Assembly: GCA_013265495.1 (NCBI GenBank)
Contig: MU058065.1
Location: 3,513,003-3,577,002 of the forward strand
Reading direction: 5' to 3'
DNA: 64,000 nt
Source of the DNA: Vicugna vicugna
Lineage: Eukaryota
The position numbers and the translations under genes were made by a program. This document shows positions 28,700-41,684 of this stretch, in pieces. Every line of letters starts with the position of its first letter. Within the stretch, counting starts at the first letter, position 1. A model generated the notes under the pieces. The model was not told where the DNA came from and ran no database searches. It saw nothing but the letters and a program-made list of their open reading frames with translations.

Positions 28700-28880
28700 A
28701 CCAGTCAGATAACAACAAAGCAACAATATAATGTACTTCCTCTTTTCTGACTGAGGATGCAGACGTTTGGAGAAGTTGAGTAGCATAGCTTGTTAAGAGA
28801 GGTTGAGTAAGACAGTGGAGCTGGGCTGGAAACCCAGGTTTGCCAGACTCCAGACCGTGCACTCTTAATTGCCTGCCACA
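28700..28880 (-). mobile_element. MIR
   Basis: gactgaggatgcagacgtttggagaagttgag...gctgggctggaaacccaggtttgccagactccaga resembles the antisense MIR core. Confidence 0.6.
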
Positions 28881-29899
28881 CTGTGTAACTGGCTTCTGGC
28901 TTCTGGGAAGACATACGGCATTAAGAAATTATCGAGGAGGGGGTCTGATTTCAGGGAGTGTGCCTAGCACCTCTGCAGCTGGTAGGTCTATGAAACGATA
29001 ATAGTACTTGCCTTATAAAATTGTGATAAATATTGTATGAGATGATACACAGGGGCACAAGTGCGCCTCAGGAAGCATCAGGTGTTTGTCCTTGTTAATC
29101 TTATTTGTGGGGTGTGGCTCAGAGGTGGGTTTCCCAGGAAGCTACTAAAGCTTCAGCTTTAGGGTTCTTAAGTGCATGAATCCCTGAGAGTGTTCAGAGT
29201 GCTGGGTGCTATAGAGTGTTCTAGGTGGGGAGAGGAAATCAGGCTGTGTTTCTATGTAAGCTTTCCTAACAAATCGCCTTGGATAAATACAAATGGTAAC
29301 CTCCAGTAACTTATTGTGATCCACCCCCCCCTTTCTAAACAAATATTTACTTTGTACCTGGATTTTATCATTGTAAATTTATATTCTTTTTAAGAGAGTC
29401 CCCTCAAACCTGGGTCAACTACTGGCTGCTGCCACACCTTTGGGCTGGCCCTGCTTTAAAACCTGAGGAGAGATACCCTCTCCAGGCACTGGTAAGCCAG
29501 ATTCTGGCATGAGGTAGGAGATGGTTACTGTACTGATTGGTTAGTTAAGGGTTTGATTCATTCATAGGCATTAACTGAGAATTCTACCTGTCCTGTCAGA
29601 TTCTATGCATATGTGCGTGAACTAGAGATGTCAAAAGTACCTTCCTATTCTGGAATTGTTTGAAGTCTGGCTTGCTAAATGTTCTAATTCCCAGGATCCT
29701 GAAAGGGTCAGAGGGAGAATCTTGCCCCAAGTATTAAGAATCCACAGGAGGCTAACTTAGAACAACTGGGAATGCATAGAACCTGGGGAATTGGAATTCA
29801 TTTTAAAGCAAGGGTAACAGGTCCTATATGAATGAGGAGAGGCTACCAGTTGTTCAGAAACCATATCAGACTGCTTTATGAGAACCATACAGCAATCAG

Positions 29900-30290
29900 T
29901 GCAAATCAACCACACTTATCGAATGCCTACTATATACTAGGTTACTGGAGAGAATAATGATTAGTAAGATACACCCCCTTCCTCTCCAGGAGCCTATAGC
30001 TTGGAAGGGAAGACAGCCACATGAGCAGATTATGGCAATTTAATGTGTGGAAATGCTTTTAAAGTCCAGGGCACTGAGGCAATGCAGGGGAAGTTCATCT
30101 GGCCATCTCCAGGTTCAGAGATGTTTCCTGGAGGAGAAGATCTCAATGCTGAGTGTTAGAGGATGACCAGGAGCTGATCAGTGCAAGAAGGACTAGACGA
30201 AAGGCATCTTAGGCAGCAGGAAGATCAAGGGCAAAGGCACGGAGCAGTCAAACTCACAGTGTATGTGGGGACTGGCAAGCAGCTGAAGAT
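29900..30290 (-). mobile_element. L2 3' fragment
   Basis: tcaaccacacttatcgaatgcctactatatactagg...ccctt..ccaggagcctatag, a typical antisense L2 end. Confidence 0.55.
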
Positions 30291-30434
30291 GACGAGGGGT
30301 CCCATCATGGCGCTGCTCAGTCTTAAAAGACAAAATAAGCCCTTCTTTCGTTTAGTCTTTTGTGTGTCAAAAACGAACAAGCAATGGACTCTAAAACACA
30401 ACATTTTCAAAAGGCTAGGGAGGTTGCCTCCGCT

Positions 30435-30980
30435 TTTCCAGCTTTACTGAGATATAAATCACATATAACCTTGTGTGAGTGTATGGTTTTCAACGTGTTG
30501 ATTTGATACACTTATGTATTGCAAAATGATTACCAGTTCAGAGTTAGTAAAAACATAGTTAGAATAATTATCCCGTCACATAATTAATATTTCCCTCTTT
30601 GTGGTGAGAACATTGAAGGTCAGCTTTCTTAGCAACTTTCAAGTCTATAATACAGTATAGTTAACTATAATCACTGTGCTGTACATCAGATCTCCAGAAC
30701 TTACTCATCTTCTAACTGGAAGAGTGGACCTTTTGACCAGCACCTCCCCTTTTCCTCCAGTCCTTGGTAAACTATTCAGAATACACATTGGAGATAAAGG
30801 AATGGGGAGCAATTGCTTAATGGGCACAGGGTTTCCTTTTGGGGTGATGATCTCTATTTTCGAGTTTGGCTCTTTTAGATTCCACATGTAAGTGACATCA
30901 TACTGTATTTGTCTTTCTCTGTCTAATTTTTTTTTCATTTAGCATAATGCCCTCAAGGTCCATCCATGCTGTCAAAATAG
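30435..30980 (-). mobile_element. L1MA9/10-like 3' UTR fragment with an internal inverted insert at 30777-30850
   Basis: ctttactgagatataa..., tttgtggtgagaacattgaagg, ctgtacatcagatctccagaacttactcatc, ttagattccacatgtaagtga. Confidence 0.75.
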
Positions 30981-31249
30981 ATACTTCAACATTTGTTATC
31001 AAGTAAGGGCTGTTTAAAAAGAAATTGAATATCATATACTTAAGTTTGTTTTTTATGGGATTAAAAATTAAAAGTTATGGGGCCATTTTGCAGGGGCAGT
31101 TTTGGGAAGAACAGAGTCTGAGGTGCAGAAGTGGGAAGCCCTCTGGAATGTAACAAACTTAACTCTAACTCTTCTTTCATGCTTGTTCAAGGGGGTAATC
31201 TGAGAATGGAAATTTTACTATTTTTCCCCCTAGTTTCCTTCTTTTTGTG

Positions 31250-33020
31250 ACTTTTAACTTATTTAAAAAATTATCATATAGTGAAATAGACTTAATTTTT
31301 TTTATTGAGGAGAAGTTTATATAACATAGAATTTACCATTTTAAAGGGAACAATTCAGTGGCATTTAGTACATTTACAGTGATAGTGCAACCACCAGCTC
31401 TACCTGGTTCTAAACGATTTTCATCAACCCAAAAGGAAACCCTCTACCCATTAAGCAATTGCCCCCCATTTCTTTGTCTCCTAGCAACCACCAATCTGTA
31501 TTCTGTCTCTATGGATTTAATAATTCTGATTATTTTATATAAATAGAATCATACCACATGTGACCTTTTGGTCTACATTCTGTCAATTAGTGTAATGTTT
31601 TAGAGGTTCATTCACGTTGTAGCAAGTATCAGAACTTCATTCTTTTTTTATGGCTGAATAATATTCCATTGTATGCATATACCACCATTTGTTTATCCAT
31701 TCATCCATTGATGGACATTTGGGCTATTTCCACCTTTGGGTTACCATGAATAGTGCTTCTATGAACATGTGTGTACATATATTTGTTCTTTTGTTTTTGA
31801 ATTTTGACACATGTATCAATTCACATAATGACCGTCACAATCAAGATATCGTTCCATCACCCTCAAGACCCCTTCGTGCTAACCCTTTGAAGTGACACTC
31901 TCCTCCCACTCCTAGCTCCTGACAACTACTGATTCATTATGAATAGAGCTGGCATAGGTGTTTGTGTAAAAGTTTTGTTCAAAAACAAAATTTGATTTCT
32001 CTAGAGTAAATGCCTGGGTGTGGGATTGCTGGGTCATATGTTAAGTATATGTTTAACTTTATAAGAAACTGCCAGACTTTTCCACAATGGCTGTACCATT
32101 CTGCATTCCACCAGCAATGGATGTGAGTTCCAGTTGCTCTGTATTGGTCCTAGTCCTTGGTAATACCAGTATTTTTAATTTTACCTGTTCTGATTAGATG
32201 TGTAGAGCTATCTTATCATAGCTTAGTTCACATTTCCCTGAAGACTAATGAGATTGAGCATCTCTTTATATGTTTATTTACTATCCGTATATCCTCTTGA
32301 ATGAAGCATTTGTTCAATTCTTTTGCTCATTTTAAAATTATTAATTTATTTTTAATAGCTGAATTTTGAGAGTTCTTTTTTTATATTCTGGATATAGCTC
32401 CTTTGTCAAATATTATGATTTGAAAATATTTGCTCTCAGTCTTTAGCTTGTCTATTCATTCTTCTAACAGTGTTTTTTGCAGAACAAAATGTTTTGATTT
32501 CAATGAAGTCCAATTTGCCGATTTTTCATTTTATGGTGGTGACTTTTAGTACTATGGCTAAGAAAATTTTGCTTAGCCCCTGGTCATGTAGATTTTCTCC
32601 TATAAAACACTGATTTTACGTTTAGGTTTGTGATCCATTTTCAGTTAATTTTTGTACACGGTTTTATGGTTGGGGGAAGATTTATTTATTTTTTCATATA
32701 GATGTCCAATTTTTCCAACACCATTTGTTGAAAAGATTATCCTTTCTCCATTGAATTGCATTTGCACATGTGTCAAATCAACTGGTGGCATTTGGGTGGG
32801 TCTGTTTCTGAACTCTCTATTCTGTTCCCTTGATTTATGTACCTATTCCTTTGCCAATACCACAATGTCTTGATCACTGTAGTTTTGTAGTAATTCTTAA
32901 AGTCCAGTAATGTGATTCTGCCAACCTTATTCTTCTTTTTCAAAATTGTTTCTAGCTATTCTAATGCTTTTCCATATACATTTTAGAATCAGCTTGCTAT
33001 ATCTACAGAAATTCCCACTG
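31250..33020 (-). mobile_element. Nested old L1s: L1MB-like 3' end (~31296-31790) within an L1MC-like element that includes a degenerate ORF2 3' region
   Basis: tttattgag...caattcagtggcatttagtacatt; tttatggctgaataatattccattgt; gggattgctgggtcatatg; caacaccatttgttgaaaaga. Confidence 0.75.
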
Positions 33021-36000
33021 GGAACAATTTATTTTGTGAAAAGTGTTTTGTTTCTTAAGAGGTTTGGTAATCAGAGAGTGATAATAAAATGAATCTATTT
33101 TTATTACATGAAAAATTAGTGAAACTGTGTACCAAATTGGTGATGTTACTCTATTACAAACTCTTCCTCTATATGAAGTGTTCAGTTTTAGTGAAATGAT
33201 TGGCTGTAAGTCAGAGAGATTGAGCAAAATCATGTCTACACCAGAGATAAACTTTGAATCACCACACATGTTTAACCTGCTTTTCGAATCGGTCACGCAA
33301 CACTCAAAATCAGTCTCAGAGAACAAGGAAGGCATACGTAAAACATTTAATGTATGTTCATGAAGAACAGGTCAACCTGCCCTTGGCTTTTGTATCATTT
33401 ATTTAATTTACATAGTTTAAGCCTTTGGGTCTTTTCAAAAACATTTGCAAATGTGCAATATTATAGGGTTTCCAGGCCAATGTTCTATCCCATGAATTAA
33501 AAACTAGATTAGGAACTCAAGGAAGAAAGTAGAAGGTAGGACATTTTGCTTTCTTTTTCTGCTTTGAGTGAAGAAAGAAATTACCCCCTGCTCTGCTTCA
33601 GCATGGGACACTTAGAAAGATGTTACAATCTTCTTGGCATTTTTTCCTTCTAGTCTGGAGTTTCACTGCAAAGTTCCAGTGAACTTTGACTGCCATATCC
33701 TAATGTTTTACACACATTGGCATGTATGCCAGGTATTTAGCGTGGCTTACCTACCCATTTCTTAACATTTAGAATAGAATGAACATTTAACACTTACACA
33801 GTCCATGCAAGCATTATGAAAATGAGCTTAAAATATAATCCAAGGATTCAACAAGTGAATCTCAAATTTGACAGAGGTCGTCATGAAACTTTCAGTTTTT
33901 TCGAAGGAGGCTGTTAAAGTCAGTCATCTTGGACCAGTTGGCAGCCCATTATGTGCATATGAGATCTGCCAGAACAGTTCAGCTTGTTGATCTAATTTTG
34001 GAACCTTTGGGTTAGATAAAGTCTGCTTATTTTTGGTTACTCCTTAAAAACTCTATATTGAGATGAATATCCAAGGTTGAAGTTTATCAGTTAAGCAATC
34101 TTAGGAAATTTACATTGAGGCTGCACTGCATTGAAGGATGCGGTGCTGAACATTTGTGGCCACTTGAGTTCATTTTAATTATTTATACAAAGTCTAAGCG
34201 GCTCTAGATAATTCTTCTATTGTTACAAGGATAGCATTATTTAAAAATTTTGTGCTTCCAGAAATCCCTTTTTTCATTCCTCAACCAAGACCTTACGGTG
34301 TTGAAATATAGCCACGTGTAAACAAAAGTTAGTTCTCTGATTTCTTAAAGAACAGAGGGAAATATGGTTCAGTAAAAAGATCACAATTATCAGCAAATTT
34401 TAATGTTTTATTTTTCTACAGTTCTTTTACACGTAGTTTTTATTTGCCACTTCCCGTTGCGATGTGCTGCAGAAGGGCGTGGGTTTCCCCACCTCAGAGA
34501 TGCAAGTGAGACTCAGAAAAGTTCAGTGACTGATTCAAGGCCACTGAGCTGGTAGCAAGCGGCAGAATCAGCATGCCAACACCATTCTCCTGAGGACATT
34601 CTACGTTTAGTTAGAACAAAAATCTGTGAGAAAAGGGAACAGATGACGCCAAAGTGCTGAGGCAAAAGTTATTAGATTTATGGATTTTTTTTCCATTAAA
34701 TAAAATTTAAAAAAAGACAAAAATGAACTCTGTAGCACCAGCTCTGGTTCTGAAATATTTCAAAAAACTTAGGCACTTGCAATTTTCTTTCTCTAAACAC
34801 AATCAACATTATTTCGCAGTGTAATTTCTCTGTTTGGACTGGTAGTTATAAGCCCTTGTATTCTGATGTTCTTAATAGATATTGATTGGTATAATGCTAT
34901 GCCTAGTCTTTGTATTTGATACATCTTATAGTACCTGCAAAGTGCTTATTTGCTTTGTACAGTCTTTCATTCTTACCTTTTGATCTAGATATAAAACAGG
35001 CAGGAGCAATGAGAGTCCTGCCTTTAATGTAATATGATTCTGGGAATTAGGAATTTCCATCTCAGAATGTACCAGGAAGTGGGGAATGGGCTTACTCAAC
35101 AATGATGTTCTGTTGGATGTATTGTGTTGGTTGCTCCTGTGTGTGTGTGTGTGAGTGTGTGTGTGTGTGCATGTGGGTGTTCATTTAGAAGCAGTAAGAG
35201 TAGGTTTTTCCTCTCCCAACAAACCACTCTTGGAAGGTAAATAGATCTCGGCAGCTGTAGATGAGGTAAAATATAAAATAAATATCATTTAGAAACATTT
35301 AAAATTTAAGATTTTTAATTAAAAAAAAAAAGGAAGCCGAGGCACAAATCTGCAGGAAGAAGTTTTCTTATTCCAGTTCCCTTATTGAGGCCAGTTTAGT
35401 GGCTTACTTCACAGCATGCCTCAGGGTTTGAGATTTTTTATAGTGTGTATAAAATCAGTGCCATGAAGTCCATTCGAGATTTGACCCAAGACAATAAGAC
35501 TCAGGGAAAAGAAATTTCAGCATTACCAGTAAGAGAACTTCTTTTTCTTAAGAACCAAATTTCAGACCCACACTTCAGAAAGATACAGTCAGCACCCAAT
35601 AAAACTCAGATTAAAAAGAATCCTCCATCTGCCCCAAATATTCTCTAATTGCAAACAATACGCAAGGTTTAGAAATCAAGTCCAAAGGTTAAAGGTTCTT
35701 GCTGGCAAGGAAAAGAGGGAGGAAAGAAGTATATTGATGCATGTCAGCTTCCAGATTCTGAGGTCAAGCTGTCCTGCCTAAAAGGAACAAGGGGTCTTCA
35801 GAAAAAGTGTGATTATCAAACAACAGGTCAAAGTTTATCTCTAGGTCAATGCAAAGGCGGGAGAGGTGTCATCACTCAGGCTATGAATATAAGCTTTGTA
35901 TTTAAGTAAATTTGTGGCAAGGTACTCAGTTAAAAAATACCATATTGGGTTTATTGAATATTGTTTTATTAAATGTTAGGTTTATTAAATATTATTTAGA

Positions 36001-36074
36001 TTTATTGCATATTATTTAACAATGGAATCGGAAAATTGTTCTCATTTAAATTAATATGGAGTAATAGTAGTAAT

Positions 36075-36225
36075 AATAATAATAATAATAAAGCTTCACA
36101 TCTATTATATGCTTTAATTCTCAAAACAATGCTGTGAAGTATACATGTTGTTATTCCCACTTCACAGATGAAATAATCGAGGCTTAGACACACGGACACT
36201 TCTAAGGTCACAGTAAGGGGCAGAT
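36075..36225 (-). mobile_element. MIR with (AAT)n tail at 36061-36091
   Basis: ttattcccacttcacagatgaaataatcgaggcttaga core. Confidence 0.6.
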
Positions 36226-36429
36226 AAGTTTACTGTTCTTTCCACCACTATAGTTCTTTTAAAAAATTGGGTGATGTGAAATGAATTAGTCCTAATTTGA
36301 TTTAACATCAAATAAAAATGTTCTTGAGAGCCCAGCAGAAAATCACGTCGGGTTTAGGGTGGAAGGATATCTCTTGTATATTTCTCTTCCTTGAAGCGGT
36401 TCTTTTTTCCTTCCCTTTTCCCCAGAAGC

Positions 36430-36600
36430 GTTTGCCGTCCACGCGGTTACAAAGTCCCTTCTGTCCCTCCTCTGGACGTTCCCGGCCGTGGTGGTGCGGG
36501 GACTCCGAGCCGGGACAGGACCTGGACAGGGACAGCGGCGGCGGGGCGACGCGGGGAGGCCCCGGAGGACACAAAAGGGCCCCTTCCCTGCCCAGCCTCC
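36430..36600. promoter_or_regulatory. Small orphan CpG-rich island
   Basis: cccggccgtggtggtgcggggactccgagccggg...cggcggcggggcgacgcgggg in an AT-rich background. Confidence 0.55.
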
Positions 36601-37804
36601 AGCCTTCTCAGATGAGAACGGCCTTTCACTCTTCACTACTCCTAGCTGGGTTTTTCTTTCTTTCTTTCTTTTTTTTTTTAAGGAAAATATTGCAGGAGGG
36701 CATTCGGATCAGTGTTTGTTTGCAGGCATTCTGGTCAGCATTCAAAAAGATGAACGGAGACAGGAAGTTAATATGATTACTTTTTCTACACAAAATAATA
36801 TTTTTGAAACAATGTCTGGAAAATAGGTAGTTTCGAGTGGAAGTCATTCAGAACAGAAGTCTCTACAATTAGGATGATAAAACCTCAAATAATAATTTTT
36901 AAAAAATTCACAAGCTATGGTGGTTTTAATTTTTCTGGTAGCTGTGGAGGCAGAAAAAATTGTTCTAGTGTATTACTATGCTCAAAACATAAACTCCTGT
37001 TGTTAATTGGCAGTTTGGCTGTGTGAGTTAAAAGCAAAAGAAAACAAAATACACCTTGAATTACTATGACGTCATAACCTCAGTAGTCGGGCAAAGACTG
37101 TAAAGAATTAGACATTATCCGAAGGTCTGAAAATGCTGAGACCTTTAGTCAACAAATATTTATTGTGTCCTTGTTAAGAAAAGGCACCTGGAGACCTTTA
37201 AGCAAAGTGGAATCAGTTTAAAATGTGTATCTATGTGGAAGATTTTGTTTTCCATTTCGTAGTTTTTTCTCACCAAAAAAAAAGAGTCCGTGGAATGGTG
37301 TGCCTGTGTGAGCCTATTACGTGAATATTCTCCAGGCTTTACCAGCATGTTATACAGTATATTATAAATATTACTAGTTACATTTTCTATCATCTCCAAT
37401 TTGCCTTATTAAACAAAACTCTCTCACCATTGCAGGGTCCACTTCTGTGATGCAGGTCGAGCTGACGTTTAGTGCTGGGTGGACCCACCTGCGCTTTGAG
37501 AGGCAGAGCCGTCTAGGGACAGTGTAAAATTTCAAAACGGACCAGAGGGCCAATTCATCAGATTCGACGCCTGCTTTCTGACATGGGGTCAGGTTACTCT
37601 CCCTAAAACAAGTCGTGCAGTTGAAGCAGAACATTAGGAATCCCGCATTCGTACTCACGTTCTGATTTTTAGGAAACGGAAATTTAAAAGAGCATTAGTT
37701 TAAACATCGCCGTTACACACAGGGTTTAATTTTGTACTCCTGAGAAACGAGACTTCCAGGCTACTAGTAAAGAAAAGTTAATTCCTTGCAGTAGAGAAAT
37801 CAAA

Positions 37805-38560
37805 GAGCGGCTTCCAAATCTCCCGGGCCGAGGGCCTGGAGGAGGTTCGGGAGTCTGGGCCTGGGGGACAGTCTCGGTGGGAGCGGAGAGGGAGAGGGAG
37901 AGGGAGAGGGGAAGATCAGGAAGTGCCGGCCTCGGCGTGAGCCCGAGGCAACAAGCAGGACCGCAGGGGGCCCGGAGCGGGCGGGAGGCGCCGGCGGACG
38001 CCAGGATGTCCTGCCCGCATCCAGGCATCTTCCAGGCGGCGGTGAGCACAGTCCTCGGGGCTGGTAGGACGGGAAGAATGGTTTTCTGTGAACAGAGAAA
38101 GTCCTTCGTGGAAACTCTGAAAACGCTTCCGAGGCTCTGCCTGCCAGCCCGTTTGCCCCCCTGGAATGTGACTGATGCCGGCACACTCCCGATTCCAGAA
38201 GGAAGAGTCCACCGGCTCTGAGGCTTCCAAGGACAGGGTCTGGCGCGAGCCACAGGGAAGGGATTGCTCATTCTCAAGGCAGGTTCTCACAACTGCGGCG
38301 AGGAAAGAACGTGACTGGGCTGGTCGTTGCAGCGCAAGGGTGCACGGTTCCTTAAGGGCACTTGAGCGCCCCCTGTAAGACAGCACGCCCTGGGCCAGCT
38401 CTCGGCGGAGTTCCAGCGCGCTTCTGCTGGGCGCGTTGTGTCTGTCAGGGACTCCATCATCACACCACCATGCAAAATAGGAAGTGTTATCCCTGCTTTA
38501 CACCTGAGTTCCCTCGGGTCGGGGGAGGTTAAATAACCTGCCCGTAGCCGCACTGGTGGG
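37805..38560. promoter_or_regulatory. Orphan CpG island in mid intron 4
   Basis: About 750 nt GC/CpG-rich block, e.g. cccggagcgggcgggaggcgccggcggacgcc. Confidence 0.6.
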
Positions 38561-38620
38561 AAAATGGCAGATCCAGGATTTACCTGTAGGTGCATCTTAG
38601 CCCAGTGCTCCAGCTTCACA
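38450..38620 (-). mobile_element. MIR (GC-shifted)
   Basis: ttatccctgctttacacctgag...gaggttaaataacctgccc...tggcagatccaggattt. Confidence 0.55.
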
Positions 38621-41139
38621 GAAGCTGAGTCATACATGGAGAACCTGAGTTAGTGTATATATATATATTATATATATATATAATGCTCAGAACTTTGACT
38701 GACAAGTGCTAGGTTAGTATCATTGCATTTAATTTCTGGGTTTCTTGCTTAAGAGAACGTTTCTGGGATCATCTTCAAGTGATTTTGATTTTGCAGATCT
38801 GGGGTGGAAATCAGAAATCATAATCTTTTAAACAGATATCTCAGGTGAGTCTGATGTAGATGCTGGTAGATGGTTTGGATGATATCCCCATGCTATGACT
38901 TCATCACTGAACGAAGACTCTGCGGCTAGGAGGTCCTGAGACCCCCTCCTCCTGTCTCCTTGAGACCTTGACCATATTTAAACAGGGCAGACATTTTCTA
39001 CCACATAACCTCAAGAGTGGGACTACCTCACTCATTCTCAGTACTAAAACCAAATCCCATGACTCATGTTTTTGAAGATCATACATTCCCTCTCTTCCCA
39101 GTGAAAATCTGTAAATGGATTTGGCTATTGAACAAAACAAAATCTCTGTGTCTCTTAGTGTTGCAACTTGCCCAACTGACTGAGTTGAGAATAGAAAGCT
39201 TAAAAGTAAACCTTACGCTTATGAGAGTTTATGATAAATGCATGTTGATATTAACTGAGCTGTTTGACCTGCTTACACTGTAAGGTGGTATGAAAATAAG
39301 ACCTCTGAGAGACGTCAAGTGGTCTCAGCCAGCCACAGTTCTTTCTTCCACCCTAAATAATCATGCCCTTGATGGAGACAAGTTTAGAGGCAGGGTCTGA
39401 GATGGGTCTCAGAGATGCCTTTGTGATAAAATAATTCTCAGAGACTCTAGGAAACCTAGATTTCCAAAGGGCTTTCTTGGTATCGAAGAGACACTGAATT
39501 TTAGACCTTCAGAGTAACCATGTGTGTCTGGAGTTTTGGGCAATATTTGTTGTGGGAGGAAGCATGTCAGAACAGACAAGTGCATTTCAGCACAACAAAA
39601 ACAATCTAAATGTAAGGTGAGAAAATGCTGACAACATGTAAAGTGAAAGAAGACTGTGACAGCTACTCACCCCCATCCCCAGGCAGAAGTATATCCACGG
39701 AACAGAAAATGGGATTAGAAGTACAACCATTATCTAGCAAACCATCTAACACGTCTGACTGAAAACTTAAAGTGAAACTCTCCATTTAAAAAAAAAATTG
39801 CAACTGGCATTTTCTGAAGATTGGATGTCAGGTTTTTGTTTTGTTTTGTTTTGTTTTTTGATATTTGCTAAACTGTGAGCTCTGTTCTGTTCACCTTTTT
39901 GCATGTACTGCTTTGCACAGACCTGGACATATAGTGGCACCAAATAAACATTTGGTGAGTAAAGAAATGAGGAAATAGAGAAAAATTTTGTGATGAGGTT
40001 ATTAAAAACCTTGACCTCTATTTTTTTCCCCCCTGGGAAATAAAACCTATGACTAAACCTATGTATGGTGTAGGTTATGTCCTGTTACCTGGGCTCTGGT
40101 TAAATCTTTGACAACTTGTTTTCTTGCTGTTTCTGGTGGGGCATCATCTAGGGTTATTCGTATAAACAGGGTCTCGGTTAGCATGAAGTTTTGGATCGTG
40201 AATCACATCCCAGAATGTCTTTAGTGTTTGAGAAAGTTAGCATACTCATGTCAAACCTGCATACGATTTTTATACTTCAAAATATAATCTACTTTTATTT
40301 TACATTTCTACAGTACTCTACATTTTTCAAAGTCTATTCATACCCCTGTAAATCTGTTCCTCATGATCACCCAAGGATTTTTATTACTTCTTAACAGATG
40401 GTAAATCTGAGTAATACAGTTCAGTCAACTGTTTGTCCAGCTGACCAGAGGGTTGAGGATAGAATCCTCAGAGTAGAATACTAGTTTTTTTTTTTTTTTT
40501 GAGCTGCCTCTAGCTTCTTTTTTACCAAGCAGGTGAATTTGCTGCCCTGGCATAGGCCACTTAGATAAAAAGGATGTGAGTGGTGTATGGGGCATCAGGG
40601 CAGAGGAGTGGGGAGTGAGGTGACAACTATGAGTCTAGCATTTCTGAGGGTGTAGCCAGTGGCTCGTGTCAGAGGTCACTGTGTTCATGGCTTGGAGATG
40701 CAAGACAATCCAAGAGTCTGAAGTCAAAGCCAAGGTCAACATTTAGGTAAAGTGACCATAGCAGCAAGACTTCAGACCACCTAGAAAACTGCTGTTCAGT
40801 TAAAAGACTTGCCTGGTTTTTGATCTCCTTGTGAACCAAGCAATAATTCTGGTTCTTGGGTGTAATTAATTCATGAGTTAGTTTTGGCACCTGCTCTATA
40901 AAGTTGAATAACATCACAGGGACCTGGATCCTCATGGGAAAAAAAAAAAACCCCGAAACTCTGGCTTCATTCATGCCAGGACATGGGGGAATGGCAGCAG
41001 CAGGAGACAGAAAGGCATCCCTCCATCCACACTGCAGACAGGAACTGGGACTTGCCTCACGCTATGGAAAAATGAGAGTTTGGGTTTTATATTCTGCCTA
41101 AGCCTGGGCGAAGGTAGTGGTGGTGGGCTTTGGGGTGAC

Positions 41140-41370
41140 AGAATGAGAGGATGAAATTTGGCACAGAATTCATAAACACAAGCATCTGTGTGAGAAAGGT
41201 ATATCAAATTGATACTAGTTATGTAACTCTCTCTGTGCCTCAGTTTTTCCCTCTGTAAAATGGAGAATAAAAATAGTGTTAGTTTGAAGATTAGATGAAC
41301 GAAAGCAAGTAAAGATGTTTGACATGGTGCTTGGTGCACAGTAAGTACCCACAACATGTTGGTTATTGAA
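41140..41370 (+). mobile_element. MIR
   Basis: ctctctgtgcctcagtttttccctctgtaaaatggagaataaaaatag...tgcttggtgcacagtaagtacccacaacatgttggttatt. Confidence 0.7.
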
Positions 41371-41384
41371 TAGGCCAGGTACTG

Positions 41385-41684
41385 TTGTATCGACCTTTTC
41401 CTCTAAAGGGCTATATAGTGACTATTTTTAGGTTTGTGGACTATTGGTGTCTGTCACAACTACTCAGTTTGCCTTTGTAGCGTGTAGCCATAAAAATGCA
41501 TAAATGAATGCGCATGGTTATGTTCCAACAAACTTTATTTATGGACACTAAGATTTGATTTCATTTTTATGCACTGATGTCATTCTTCTTTTAATTTTTT
41601 CCATCTATTTAAGAATGTAAAAACCGTCCTTAGATCACAGGACAATTCAAATACAGGCAGTAGGTCGTGTGTGGCTGACCCCTG
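41385..41684. mobile_element. MER58-like hAT-Charlie DNA transposon fossil
   Basis: ctaaagggctatatagtgactattttaggtttgtggac...tctgtcacaactactcag...ttccaacaaactttatttatggacact...gctgacccctg. Confidence 0.7.

Noticed and set aside
37726..38386. ORFs of 128-183 aa on the minus strand
   Set aside because: GC-rich island artefacts with no recognisable protein family.
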